A DNA stretch of 30,495 bases, from positions 1 to 30,495 of the IMG/VR virus record IMGVR_UViG_3300025848_000135. One strand, given 5' to 3'. Positions 17,058 to 26,245 of this stretch are shown in pieces; the stretch's first letter is position 1, and every line of letters begins with the position of its first letter. The stretch comes from a virus (Duplodnaviria; Caudoviricetes). The translations under genes and the position numbers were made by a program. Under the pieces are notes generated by a model. That model did no database searches. It saw only the letters and a list, made by a program, of their open reading frames with translations, and had not been told where the DNA came from.

Positions 17058-17651
17058 ATGAACCGCGAAGGGTTGATCGCGTTTGAGAAGAAGGTCGAGG
17101 CGTTGTGGCTGGAGGGGCGCCTGCCGTTCCTGTTCCACCTGTCGGGCGGCAACGAGGACATCCTGCTCGACGTGTTCGCGGGGATTCGCAAGAACGACTA
17201 CGTGTTCTCGACGCATCGAAGCCACTACCACTACCTGCTCAAAGGCGGTGGTGAGGACAACCTGCTCGACATGATCCTCGCCGGTCGGTCGATGTTCGTG
17301 TTCGACAAGCGGATCAACTTCCTGTCGTCGTCGGTGCTTGGCGGGTGCTGTGGGATCGCGGCTGGCGTGGCGATGGGGTTGAAGATGTCGGGATCGAAGT
17401 CGTGGGTGCATTGCTTCGTCGGCGACGGTGCGGCGGACAACGGGCACCTGTACGAGGCGGCGAGGTTGGTGGACGCGAAGGGGTTGCCTTGCACGTTCAT
17501 CATTGAGAACAACGGGGTATCGGCTGGCGCGACAAGGGACGAGCGTGGTGCGAAGTCGATCCTCAACGCGGATTGCGTGTGGGAATACAACTACACGATG
17601 ACGCAGCCGCACTGCCAGACGAACAACAAAACGAAGGTGACGTTCAAGTGA
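17058..17651 (+). CDS. TPP-dependent enzyme alpha subunit (E1-alpha-like, short)
   Basis: HLSGGNE, STHRSHYH and the TPP-binding motif GDGAADNG...IIENN. Confidence 0.88.
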   Translation: MNREGLIAFEKKVEALWLEGRLPFLFHLSGGNEDILLDVFAGIRKNDYVFSTHRSHYHYLLKGGGEDNLLDMILAGRSMFVFDKRINFLSSSVLGGCCGIAAGVAMGLKMSGSKSWVHCFVGDGAADNGHLYEAARLVDAKGLPCTFIIENNGVSAGATRDERGAKSILNADCVWEYNYTMTQPHCQTNNKTKVTFK

Positions 17652-18280
17652 AGATCATCAGCTTTGCCTTGTGGGGCGACAACCCCATGTACGTTCGGGG
17701 AATGTTTCGCAACCTCGAACTCGCCAAGAGCATCTACCCCGAATGGGTTCCGATGGTCTGGATGGACTGGCGACCGTCCATCGCGGCGGAACTTTACCGG
17801 GCCGGCGCGTGGGTCGAGATGATGCCTAGTCACGGCGGCATCCAAGGCATGTTCTGGCGGATGCTGCCCATCACTTGGAAGTGTGCCGACGCGGTGATCG
17901 TCCGTGACGCGGATAGTCGGTTGAACGTGCGGGAGGCGGCGGCGGTCCATGCGTGGCTCGAATCCGACAAGGGCGTGCATGTGATGCGGGACCATCCGCA
18001 TCACGCACAATGGCCGATGCTCGGCGGGATGATCGGGTTCAAGAACGGTGCGGTGCCGAACATGACGACGCTGATGAACGATTGGTCAGCCAAGAACGTG
18101 AAACTAGACGACATGCGGTTCCTCGCGTCGGTCGTTTGGCCGATGGTGCAGGGCAACTGCCTCGTCCATTCGAGCGTGCCGGAACCGTTGGGCGGCGACC
18201 CGTTCCCGAATCATCCGCCGTCATACAGCGACTACGTGGGCCAGGTGTTCGACGCCGACGACAACAAGGACATGCGATGA
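17648..18280 (+). CDS. Putative GT-A-like protein
   Basis: GTGA coupling. ISFALWGDNPMY, MFWRM, IVRDADSR (DxD) and HVMRDHPHH...MLGGM. Confidence 0.6.
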   Translation: MKIISFALWGDNPMYVRGMFRNLELAKSIYPEWVPMVWMDWRPSIAAELYRAGAWVEMMPSHGGIQGMFWRMLPITWKCADAVIVRDADSRLNVREAAAVHAWLESDKGVHVMRDHPHHAQWPMLGGMIGFKNGAVPNMTTLMNDWSAKNVKLDDMRFLASVVWPMVQGNCLVHSSVPEPLGGDPFPNHPPSYSDYVGQVFDADDNKDMR

Positions 18281-18519
18281 GCGATGAAGGGAAAAACAGC
18301 GCGATGGAGAAGGCGATGCAACTTCTCTCCGAGCAGTACGACACCGTACAAATCATTGCATCGACGATTGACGACGATGGTGACACGGCGGTTCACTATT
18401 CGGGAAGTGGAAACTTGTACGGCAGGCTCGGCAGCGTCCGCGACTGGCTTCGTGAAACAGAGGCCAAGAGTGAGGCGGAAATGCATAGGCGGGTTCGTGA
18501 ATACATGGACGAGGACTGA
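18277..18519 (+). CDS. Hypothetical protein (80 aa)
   Basis: ATGA coupling; LLSEQYDTVQI...GSGNLYGRLG. Confidence 0.65.
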   Translation: MSDEGKNSAMEKAMQLLSEQYDTVQIIASTIDDDGDTAVHYSGSGNLYGRLGSVRDWLRETEAKSEAEMHRRVREYMDED

Positions 18520-18540
18520 TCCTTCAATCGAAAGTCAAAC

Positions 18541-18840
18541 ATGGCAAGCGTCAAGATCAAGGTTTCCGGGATGCCCGACTTCGCCGAGTTCATGGACTAC
18601 ACCAACGGCGATCCGAACGGCGAGTTTGTTCTGAATGAGGTTCAGCCGGGCTGGTATCTGTTCATCGGACCATGCACCTACAACATGCGGTGCGACGGGG
18701 CGGGTCGCTGGTGGTTCGGGTTCAACGACGGCTCGATCCACGAAACCGCGACGCGTCAGGGTTCGACAAGCGAAATCCCCACGGGTTCGTATGGCCCGAT
18801 TGACGGCAGCCTTGGCGCGATTGAAGTCCTGCACGATTAA
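18541..18840 (+). CDS. Hypothetical protein (99 aa)
   Basis: ORF fitting between its neighbours in the operon. Confidence 0.6.
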   Translation: MASVKIKVSGMPDFAEFMDYTNGDPNGEFVLNEVQPGWYLFIGPCTYNMRCDGAGRWWFGFNDGSIHETATRQGSTSEIPTGSYGPIDGSLGAIEVLHD

Positions 18841-18854
18841 CGAGACAACGCTAC

Positions 18855-19352
18855 ATGGCGAACAACTTTGAAATTGACTTGAACCCCAACGCCTTCGTGG
18901 TCCCGTCGAGCAACGGGCCGCTGCGTAAGATCGCCCAGGATCGTCCGTATCTCGCGTTTGACGCCAGCACGGAATGGAACACTTCGTCGGTCGCGTTCCA
19001 GTGGCCAGCATCCTATACGGGATCAGGAACCGTTAAGGCTGATATCGGCTACTTCATGGACTCCGCTACAAGCGGAAACGTCGTGTGGGGCGTGCAGGTT
19101 GAGGCGATCACGGATGGCGATTCGATTGACATGACCACCACCTCGTCGTTCGATACAACGAACAACGCAACTTCGGCGGTCCCCGGAACCGCCAAGTATC
19201 CTAAGTTGGCGACTATTACGTTGACCAACAAGGACAGTGTTGCGGCGGGCGATTGGGTTCGGGTCAATGTCGCCCGCAAGGCCGCCGACGGTTCGGACAC
19301 CGCGACAGGAAACGCGAATCTGTTTAGCGTAAGAATCCGCGAGGAGGCTTAA
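18855..19352 (+). CDS. Putative virion structural protein (beta-rich)
   Basis: 165 aa, T/S/A-rich; C-terminal AGDWVRVNVARKAADGSDT. Confidence 0.65.
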   Translation: MANNFEIDLNPNAFVVPSSNGPLRKIAQDRPYLAFDASTEWNTSSVAFQWPASYTGSGTVKADIGYFMDSATSGNVVWGVQVEAITDGDSIDMTTTSSFDTTNNATSAVPGTAKYPKLATITLTNKDSVAAGDWVRVNVARKAADGSDTATGNANLFSVRIREEA

Positions 19353-19355
19353 ACC

Positions 19356-20099
19356 TTGGCGCGGTACTTCGATAGTGCAAGTTCGCAATACCTGCAAAGC
19401 ACTTCGGTTGTTGTCAACCCGTTTCCGGTCAGCATCGCGGGGTGGTTCAATGCCGACTTGTTGACCGACGATTGCGTGGCTTCGCTTTGCACGAGCGGGA
19501 GCAACAATCTTGTACAGGTTTATGTCAGCGGCGGCAATAAACTGGCGTTGTATATCGAGAGTGGAGGAAGTTCCACAAATCTCGTTGGCGCAACTTCACT
19601 TTCGACCGGAACGTGGTATCACTTTGCGGCGATTTCCGATGGTGTGGATCACTCGATTTACCTCAACGGATCATCGGACGCGAGCAACAGCACAGTCGAT
19701 CTTTCGTTTGGTGCGTCGCTAAACCGAACGTGCATCGCGCACGCGGTCTATAGCGGATCGGAGACAAACTTCTTTAAGGGGTCGATTGCGGAGGTCGGGT
19801 TTTATTCCGGGACGCTCGCATCAGGCGACGTGTCGGCACTGGCGAACCGCTATTCTCCATTGCTGGTCAGGCCCGACATACTTGGATCGTATTACCCTTT
19901 GTGTAGTGACGACGGAGACTCGGACCAGGTTGGTCGCAACAACCTGACAGCAACAAACTCTCCGACGTACTCGAATCACATACCCGTGATTTATCCTCAT
20001 CGCAGCAACATTCAACTTGGCGTGGTTGCGTCTTTTTTCAGATTTCAACCGGCGTGGTCGCATAACGGCAACAGAGTGATCGGCGGCGGATTCGCCTAA
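19356..20099 (+). CDS. LamG/concanavalin A-like domain virion protein
   Basis: TTG after GAGGAGG. SIAGWF, GTWYHFAA, IYLNG and FKGSIAEVGFY. Confidence 0.8.
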   Translation: MARYFDSASSQYLQSTSVVVNPFPVSIAGWFNADLLTDDCVASLCTSGSNNLVQVYVSGGNKLALYIESGGSSTNLVGATSLSTGTWYHFAAISDGVDHSIYLNGSSDASNSTVDLSFGASLNRTCIAHAVYSGSETNFFKGSIAEVGFYSGTLASGDVSALANRYSPLLVRPDILGSYYPLCSDDGDSDQVGRNNLTATNSPTYSNHIPVIYPHRSNIQLGVVASFFRFQPAWSHNGNRVIGGGFA

Positions 20100-21454
20100 T
20101 GTTCAAACAAGCAACAGCCATCTCGAACTTCCCCTTCGCCTTCATCGGAACGGCGGGGGATGCTGTCACGACCGGAACCGCGTGGGGTTATTACTCGCAC
20201 GCATCCGGCACGCAGGCGGCGCTCACGGGGACCATCTCGCACCTGGGCAACGGCCAGTGGATCATCAACACGGTTTCGACGACCGAAATGAACAGCACGC
20301 TTGTCGGGCTGTTCTTCCGGCACGCGACCGCCGCGCCCGTCCACTTCACGATCCCCACCCAGACCAAGTTCGTGTCCGACCTCGTTGGCAGCGGCACCGC
20401 TGTAACGGTTGTCGGCTCCGTCGTGGTCGGCACGAACAACGACAAAACCGGCTACACCGCCATCGTGACAAGCGGCACGGTTACGACCGTGACCAACTCG
20501 GTCATTGCTGGCACGGTATCCGACAAGACGGGATATACCGCCATCGTTACGTCGGGTACGGTTACGAATGTGACCAACTCCGTCGTTGCGGGAACGGTGT
20601 CGGATAAGACGGGATACACGGCGATTGTCACGAGCGGAACGGTGACGACGGTGGTGAACTCGGTTGTTGCGGGCACGGTTCTCGATAAGACTGGATACGG
20701 CGCGACCATCACCGGGGCGGTCGTCGTGGGGACCAACAATGATAAGACGGGCTACACTGCAATCGTTACTTCGGGAACCGTCACGAATCTTACGAACCCC
20801 GTGGTGGTTGGAACGAACAACGACAAGACGGGGTACACCGCCGTCGTCACAAGCGGCACCGTCACCAACGTGGTCAACTCGGTTATCGCGGGCACTGTCG
20901 GCGACAAGACGGGGTACACCGCGATTGTTACGTCGGGCACCGTCACGACCCTGACCAACTCGGTCGTCGTCGGGACCAACAGCGACAAGACCGCTTACTA
21001 CTTGGCTGGCACGCAAAGTTTCAACAATACTGGACAAACGACGGTCTATCCCACCAGCGGCACGACGACGGCCAGCAGCGTCACGATCACGCCTATCGCG
21101 GCCATCGTTCAGTCGCCGGTGTACGCCATGCGGGACATCGACCTCGAACAGTTCTCGGCGGGCAACATCGCCTTCACCTGCGTCGATTCGACGGGTGCGG
21201 CCATCGACCTGTCCACCAAGAGTCTGCGGCTCGTGGCGATGAACGAGGCGGTTCGCCCCGGACTCATCTGGGCCATCGGCTCGTCGTCCATCAGCATCAG
21301 CGGAACGTCCAACAACGTCGCCACGGTGACATACGGTACGACCCAGACCAACACGCCATTCAACGGCAAGTATCGCCTGTGGAACGTGACCGACGACGTG
21401 CTGCTCGCGGCGGGTGAGCTTGACGTGAATCCTTCCTACAAGGCGGCAACGTGA
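20099..21454 (+). CDS. Thr/Val/Gly-rich repeat virion protein (fibre/collar-like)
   Basis: TAATG coupling; central tandem 27-aa repeats. Confidence 0.75.
   Translation: MFKQATAISNFPFAFIGTAGDAVTTGTAWGYYSHASGTQAALTGTISHLGNGQWIINTVSTTEMNSTLVGLFFRHATAAPVHFTIPTQTKFVSDLVGSGTAVTVVGSVVVGTNNDKTGYTAIVTSGTVTTVTNSVIAGTVSDKTGYTAIVTSGTVTNVTNSVVAGTVSDKTGYTAIVTSGTVTTVVNSVVAGTVLDKTGYGATITGAVVVGTNNDKTGYTAIVTSGTVTNLTNPVVVGTNNDKTGYTAVVTSGTVTNVVNSVIAGTVGDKTGYTAIVTSGTVTTLTNSVVVGTNSDKTAYYLAGTQSFNNTGQTTVYPTSGTTTASSVTITPIAAIVQSPVYAMRDIDLEQFSAGNIAFTCVDSTGAAIDLSTKSLRLVAMNEAVRPGLIWAIGSSSISISGTSNNVATVTYGTTQTNTPFNGKYRLWNVTDDVLLAAGELDVNPSYKAAT
20441..20998 (+). repeat. Coding tandem repeat, 81-bp/27-aa unit DKTGYTAIVTSGTVTxVTNSVVAGTVS
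   Basis: Seven DKTGY plus one DKTAY; one unit is shortened. Confidence 0.92.
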
Positions 21455-22257
21455 ACCTTGAAGAAGCCAGAATCGTGGTGCGGGACTCGGCCTTGCAGGC
21501 GAGCGAGGAAACCTACTCCGACGCCCGCGTGGACCGCGCCATCCGCGCTGCCCTGTCGGAGTTCGTGCAGCAGACCCGCTGCACGGTCACGTCGGGCACG
21601 GTCGCACTGACGGGATCGGTCGCGGCGTTCACCTCGACCACGCTCAGCAACTTCCGGCCCGAGCGGATCGTCCGAGCGCAGGCCCGCTACATCGACCGTG
21701 GCGTGTGGGGGACCGGCAACTCCTACGTTTACAACGACTTTGTGCAGGGCGACGGAAGCCCCGACTCGGCGTACTACATCTGCACACTCGCTCACACGTC
21801 GGGCACGTCCAACGAGCCGCCCAACGGCGCGTACTGGCGCGTGACCGCCGCGAACCTTGGGACGCCGGTGGACCTCGTGGACCTAAACACGGTGGTCTGC
21901 AACCTCGAATCGACGACCGCGAGCGACCCGACGATGTTCGCGTTCGAGGGCACGGCGAGCGGCTACGTCGCCCCGATGCCCGATTCGAACCGCATCTTGT
22001 GGGTGCAGTATTACCAGCCGCTTGTGGCGTGGGAGCCTGGAACGTCGAACGCCAGCACGATCACGCTCAACGTGCCGGATGAATACATCAACGACGCATT
22101 GTGGTACGGGGCGGCTTCGTTCCTCGAAAGCGCCGATCCGTTGTCGCGGATGCAGTCGCAGGGCTACAAGGCGTTCAAGGAAGCGATCCGTCGGGTGAAG
22201 GGCGAGGCCGGTCTTGAATCCGGTCCCGTGGTCAAGGACATCGACAAACTGGTGTAA
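21451..22257 (+). CDS. Putative head-tail adaptor/neck protein
   Basis: N-terminal helices (YSDARVDRAIRAALSEF) and C-terminal VPDEYINDALWYGAA, an adaptor-like layout. Confidence 0.65.
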   Translation: MNLEEARIVVRDSALQASEETYSDARVDRAIRAALSEFVQQTRCTVTSGTVALTGSVAAFTSTTLSNFRPERIVRAQARYIDRGVWGTGNSYVYNDFVQGDGSPDSAYYICTLAHTSGTSNEPPNGAYWRVTAANLGTPVDLVDLNTVVCNLESTTASDPTMFAFEGTASGYVAPMPDSNRILWVQYYQPLVAWEPGTSNASTITLNVPDEYINDALWYGAASFLESADPLSRMQSQGYKAFKEAIRRVKGEAGLESGPVVKDIDKLV

Positions 22258-22259
22258 TC

Positions 22260-22661
22260 ATGCCAACATACCTTCGTGGCCGAGGCGGTTCAATCGGCGG
22301 CATCATCTCGCAATCGGGAGCGACCTTCAACGGCAAGGTCGGCGATTGGCGTTTGGAGGCCGAGAAGAACGTGTACGACGTGAGCGGGTTCGGGGACGCG
22401 GGCAACACCTACTACGACGAGGGGACCGGCAAGTGGGCGTTCTCATGCAACGGGTTCGTGCTGTCGGGCGTGACGCTCGGAGCGGCCAAGATGTCGGGCA
22501 CAACGTCCGTCGCGGGCACCATCGCCTTGCAGGCGGACTCGGGTAAGGTGTTCTACGGTTCGGTTTACTTCCCGTCGATCAGCGTCACGACCTCGTACAA
22601 GGGCGGTCCCGTCGTGTTCACTGGACAGGGCGTCGGCAACGGCCCGCTGAATGAATCCTAA
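22260..22661 (+). CDS. Putative tail tube-like protein
   Basis: 133 aa; GDWRLE...YDVSGFGD...GKWAFS...FTGQGVG resembles tail-tube patterns. Confidence 0.6.
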   Translation: MPTYLRGRGGSIGGIISQSGATFNGKVGDWRLEAEKNVYDVSGFGDAGNTYYDEGTGKWAFSCNGFVLSGVTLGAAKMSGTTSVAGTIALQADSGKVFYGSVYFPSISVTTSYKGGPVVFTGQGVGNGPLNES

Positions 22662-22897
22662 TGGAAGATGTCAAACTCCCATCGCTGCCCGACGGTCCAC
22701 TGCTCCCCGACTCCAAGGGTGCTGGTGACGCCACGTCATCGGGCGGCAACGACTCGGCGGCGATTGAGCGGTTGACTGCCGCTGTGGAGGAGATCAAGCA
22801 GGGGCAGGCCGACGTGGTTCGGTTGCTCGAACAGATCAAGAACGTGCTGGAACGCATGGAGAACAGTTCGGGCGAAGTTGAGGTGAGCCTAGGCTAA
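22661..22897 (+). CDS. Short coiled-coil protein in the tape-measure position
   Basis: 78 aa, TAATG-coupled on both sides; AIERLTAAVEEIKQGQADVVRLLEQIKNVLERM. Confidence 0.6.
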   Translation: MEDVKLPSLPDGPLLPDSKGAGDATSSGGNDSAAIERLTAAVEEIKQGQADVVRLLEQIKNVLERMENSSGEVEVSLG

Positions 22898-23664
22898 TGG
22901 CAACCTATCAAAAAGACGAGTACAACGGCACGCGGATCACGTCCGGCATCCAAACATCCCGTGACGATTCGGCGATCACCATCGGCCACGTCACGGGGGT
23001 TACGGACGACATCGCGGGCCTGGTCACGGCGGCGCAGGCGGCGGCGGCGGCTCGTGGTCCGAATCACCCCAACAACTCGGCATTGCCGCTTCGACGGGTG
23101 GTGTCGTCGGCTCGTCCGCCCAACAAGGCTGTCGTGCGGCTGGAATACTCGCACAAGGCGGCGGGCGGTGCGTACAACTCGTCGATTTACTCGTTCACGA
23201 GTCCGATGGTCGATGTCGGGCATCACCCAGTGACCATGTACGAGTTCATGGGCACCGGCGTTGAGGCGACACCAACCAAGAACCTTTCCCTGTTCAAGCC
23301 GATCACGTTCCCGATCCCGATCTTGATTCTCACGGTTCCCGTCACGCTGTCGTCGAACGCCTTGGCGTCGGTGAACAGCAAGGTCAGTTGCGTGAACAAT
23401 GCGTCAGTGACGTGGGGCGGCGCGACGTTCGCGGCGAATACGGTGTTGTTTGAGGGTCCGCGTCAGCGGGTCCGCGTCGAGAACGGCAGCAACAAGTACG
23501 ACGTGGTGTATTGCTTCAAGATTCTCCAGACGACCGGAACCGCCGAGGGCGGCAACTACACCGGATGGTACGAGTACATCCCCAACGGCACTGGCGTTCT
23601 CCAGAAGGCGGTTCGGCTGTTCAGTCAAGTTTCGTTCGCTGGAGGGGCGTTCCCAACTAGCTAA
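22897..23664 (+). CDS. Putative distal tail/hub protein
   Basis: 255 aa; VNNASVTWGGATFAANTVLFEG...YDVVYCF; position after the tube gene. Confidence 0.55.
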   Translation: MATYQKDEYNGTRITSGIQTSRDDSAITIGHVTGVTDDIAGLVTAAQAAAAARGPNHPNNSALPLRRVVSSARPPNKAVVRLEYSHKAAGGAYNSSIYSFTSPMVDVGHHPVTMYEFMGTGVEATPTKNLSLFKPITFPIPILILTVPVTLSSNALASVNSKVSCVNNASVTWGGATFAANTVLFEGPRQRVRVENGSNKYDVVYCFKILQTTGTAEGGNYTGWYEYIPNGTGVLQKAVRLFSQVSFAGGAFPTS

Positions 23665-25595
23665 TGCGACCCGATTCAATCGACGAGTTTGAGCAGGGCG
23701 AGTCCGTCACGGACCCCACCTTCCGCGAGAAGCTGAACGCTCTCCGCGAAGTCGCCAACAGCGTCCGCAGCATCACGGGCGGCGGTCGCATCCGCGTGTC
23801 TCAGGACAACGACGGGGTGGTGATCTACGACGACGGCGCTGGCGACGGCGGATCGGCCATTGTCGATGTCCTTACGGTCAAGGTTACGTCGGCGGCGTCC
23901 CCGCCAGCGGGCGAATCCCCGCTTGGCTGGTATAGCTGGGAGGAGGTCGAGGCCGACGACCCGCGATCCAGCGCCAGCGAAGGACCGATGCGGGAGGTCA
24001 ACGGTCGTCAGGGCATGGAAACGGATGTCAATGTTTTCATGTGGGTGACGGCCAATGGCAAGTATCGGTTCGACACGTCGTATAGCACGCGGTCGGACGA
24101 CAAAGACCCCAGCGACGGCGGCGTGAACCCATACGATCAGGGGGCGAAAGACCCCAACGGTGACGTTTGGGACACCGACCTGCAACCGGCGACAGACTGG
24201 AATACTGGCGGAAGCGATCACTTTGGCGTCAAGCCGATGATCGTTACGAGGTTCCGGCAGTCGGAGATGGGCAGCAACGAACCCGCCCGTCTTTACACCC
24301 GCCGATTCCGCCACGACTCGACCGGCAACCTTGCCTACATTGAGGCTGAAAACGCCTTCGTGATTGGCACGATCACGAACGTCGTGTCGAGCGTGTATTA
24401 CAACGCGGGCACGTTGACCATCTACAAGATGAAGATCAACGTCCTCGGCACGGTGGCCGACGGCACGCAGGTGTTCCAGATCGGTTCGGCGTCGGGTGCG
24501 GACACCTACAAGGTGATGGTGACGGGTTCAGACGCATCGCCCGACTACCTCAACCCCAAGATCACGACGGATGCGGTGTGGATTTCGTCGTCGGTTCAGA
24601 ACGCCGGCGCGAACGAGAATCTGCTGATCTACCACATCGGCCCCGGCACGGCGTCGGGTTCGTCGCAGCAATACACGCACCTTAGTTACGACATCAACGA
24701 AGCCAACGTGGAAACGACGGGGTTACAGATTTACCCTTCGCACGGCACCACGACGTTTGACGCCAAGGGCCATCGCATCGCCTCGGGCACGACCTCGAAC
24801 GGCAACTGGTTCTACGTCCCGCAGGTGATCGGCGACCTTGCCGACGTTTCATCGAACGCGCCAAACGATGGCGACGTTCTCACCTACGACAACGGCGTTG
24901 GCGAGTGGGTGCCTGGCACGGTCGCGGTGACGGAGGATATCTTCGTCAAGGTGTCGTCGGCGGATACGACGGCGGGATACCTCAACAGCAAGCTGACGGT
25001 GACGGGTCCGTGGGTCACGAAGGCGATCCAGAACGGCGGGGCGAATGAGAACCTGCTCATCTCGCACGGGCTTGGCACGGCGGCGACGAGTGGCACGACG
25101 TTTCTGCAATCGGTCGCGGTAAGCGGCACGGTCGCGGGCGTGACGGGCGCGACGGTTACGTTCACCTCGGGCACGATCAACCTCGACGCGCAGAACCACG
25201 TTTTCAGCATCCCGGTTGGCGGCACGACGGCGGTGAAGGTTCCCCAGACGATCAACGACCTTTCCGACGTTGACACGACGGGCGCGGCGAATACGAACCT
25301 CTTGCAGTTCAACGGGACGGTCTGGGTTCCGGCGTCGCTTTCGACGCAGACGGTGGTGACGGACTGGCGGCTCAACGGCACGACGTTCGAGTACAAGACC
25401 CGTTCGATCTACTGCCTGCCCGCCGGTGCGGAATCGGGTTGGACGCAGACGAGCGGCGATCAGCCGGTTTCGCAGAGCGTGGTGTACGACACCGACTACA
25501 CCGATCCCAACTTCAAGGAGTTCAAGCGGCCCGTGTACGTGTTCGCTCCGGGCGCGACGACCTCGACGACGGTGTTCACGACGGCGACGTGCTAA
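23664..25595 (+). CDS. Tail tip/fibre protein with an internal duplication
   Basis: 643 aa; two copies each of YLN.K...QN.GANENLLI.H and DL.DV...L.(Y/F)...WVP. Confidence 0.7.
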   Translation: MRPDSIDEFEQGESVTDPTFREKLNALREVANSVRSITGGGRIRVSQDNDGVVIYDDGAGDGGSAIVDVLTVKVTSAASPPAGESPLGWYSWEEVEADDPRSSASEGPMREVNGRQGMETDVNVFMWVTANGKYRFDTSYSTRSDDKDPSDGGVNPYDQGAKDPNGDVWDTDLQPATDWNTGGSDHFGVKPMIVTRFRQSEMGSNEPARLYTRRFRHDSTGNLAYIEAENAFVIGTITNVVSSVYYNAGTLTIYKMKINVLGTVADGTQVFQIGSASGADTYKVMVTGSDASPDYLNPKITTDAVWISSSVQNAGANENLLIYHIGPGTASGSSQQYTHLSYDINEANVETTGLQIYPSHGTTTFDAKGHRIASGTTSNGNWFYVPQVIGDLADVSSNAPNDGDVLTYDNGVGEWVPGTVAVTEDIFVKVSSADTTAGYLNSKLTVTGPWVTKAIQNGGANENLLISHGLGTAATSGTTFLQSVAVSGTVAGVTGATVTFTSGTINLDAQNHVFSIPVGGTTAVKVPQTINDLSDVDTTGAANTNLLQFNGTVWVPASLSTQTVVTDWRLNGTTFEYKTRSIYCLPAGAESGWTQTSGDQPVSQSVVYDTDYTDPNFKEFKRPVYVFAPGATTSTTVFTTATC

Positions 25596-25988
25596 ATGTC
25601 GATCAAGACCAAAACCGGAAGCATCGTCAAGAAGGCCGACGGCACGATTGCGTCGGACTGCGACTGCTGCACGGGCGGGGGTGGTTCGTGTCCAACGGAT
25701 TGCGCGGCGTGCGCCACGACGTACACGGTAACGCTTTCGGGCGGAACCGGATACGACGGGACGTACACGGTGACGAGAAGCGGATGCACATGGAGCAACT
25801 TCGACAACCCATACGAGATTCGCATCGCGTGTGGCATCAATGGTGACGGTATTCTTTCGTGGACGGTTTATGTCGTTGATGGCTCCGACACATTCAAGAG
25901 CAAGGCAAACGTCGGTCTTGCGTCATGCCCACCAACCGGATCGTATGGCGCATTCGACGCCATCAGCGGATCATCGGCGGTTTCCTGA
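25596..25988 (+). CDS. Cys-rich tail-associated protein
   Basis: CDCC...CPTDCAAC at the N-terminus; 130 aa. Confidence 0.65.
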   Translation: MSIKTKTGSIVKKADGTIASDCDCCTGGGGSCPTDCAACATTYTVTLSGGTGYDGTYTVTRSGCTWSNFDNPYEIRIACGINGDGILSWTVYVVDGSDTFKSKANVGLASCPPTGSYGAFDAISGSSAVS

Positions 25989-26245
25989 TGGTGCAATGCT
26001 CCAAATGGTCTGACTGCGGCGTTCCATCGGGCGGCTGTTGCTCGGACGGCCACTTCGGCGGGCGTCCCTCGGCGGGCACCTGCATGATCGCGTGCGGGCA
26101 CTACGACGGACCATCGCGCGGCGTGGGTGACACAGTAGCGAAGGTGCTGGCGGTGGTGGGCGTGAAGAAAACAAGCGGATGCAACTGTGCGAATCGGCAG
26201 GTTGCCTTGAATCAGATGGTTCCTTACAAGAAGGACGGCGTATGA
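25988..26245 (+). CDS. Small Cys-rich protein (GxGDTVAK...GCxC..RQ..LN type)
   Basis: TGATG coupling, ATG 25988; 85 aa. Confidence 0.7.
   Translation: MVQCSKWSDCGVPSGGCCSDGHFGGRPSAGTCMIACGHYDGPSRGVGDTVAKVLAVVGVKKTSGCNCANRQVALNQMVPYKKDGV

Noticed and set aside
14439-17651. Pyruvate dehydrogenase (pdhA/pdhB) auxiliary metabolic genes
   Set aside because: The subunits are truncated, E2/E3 are absent and the context is glycosyltransferases, so no symbols were assigned.
20441-20998. CRISPR array or DGR repeat
   Set aside because: The repeats are in-frame coding units varying at synonymous sites. There are no unique spacers, cas genes or reverse transcriptase.
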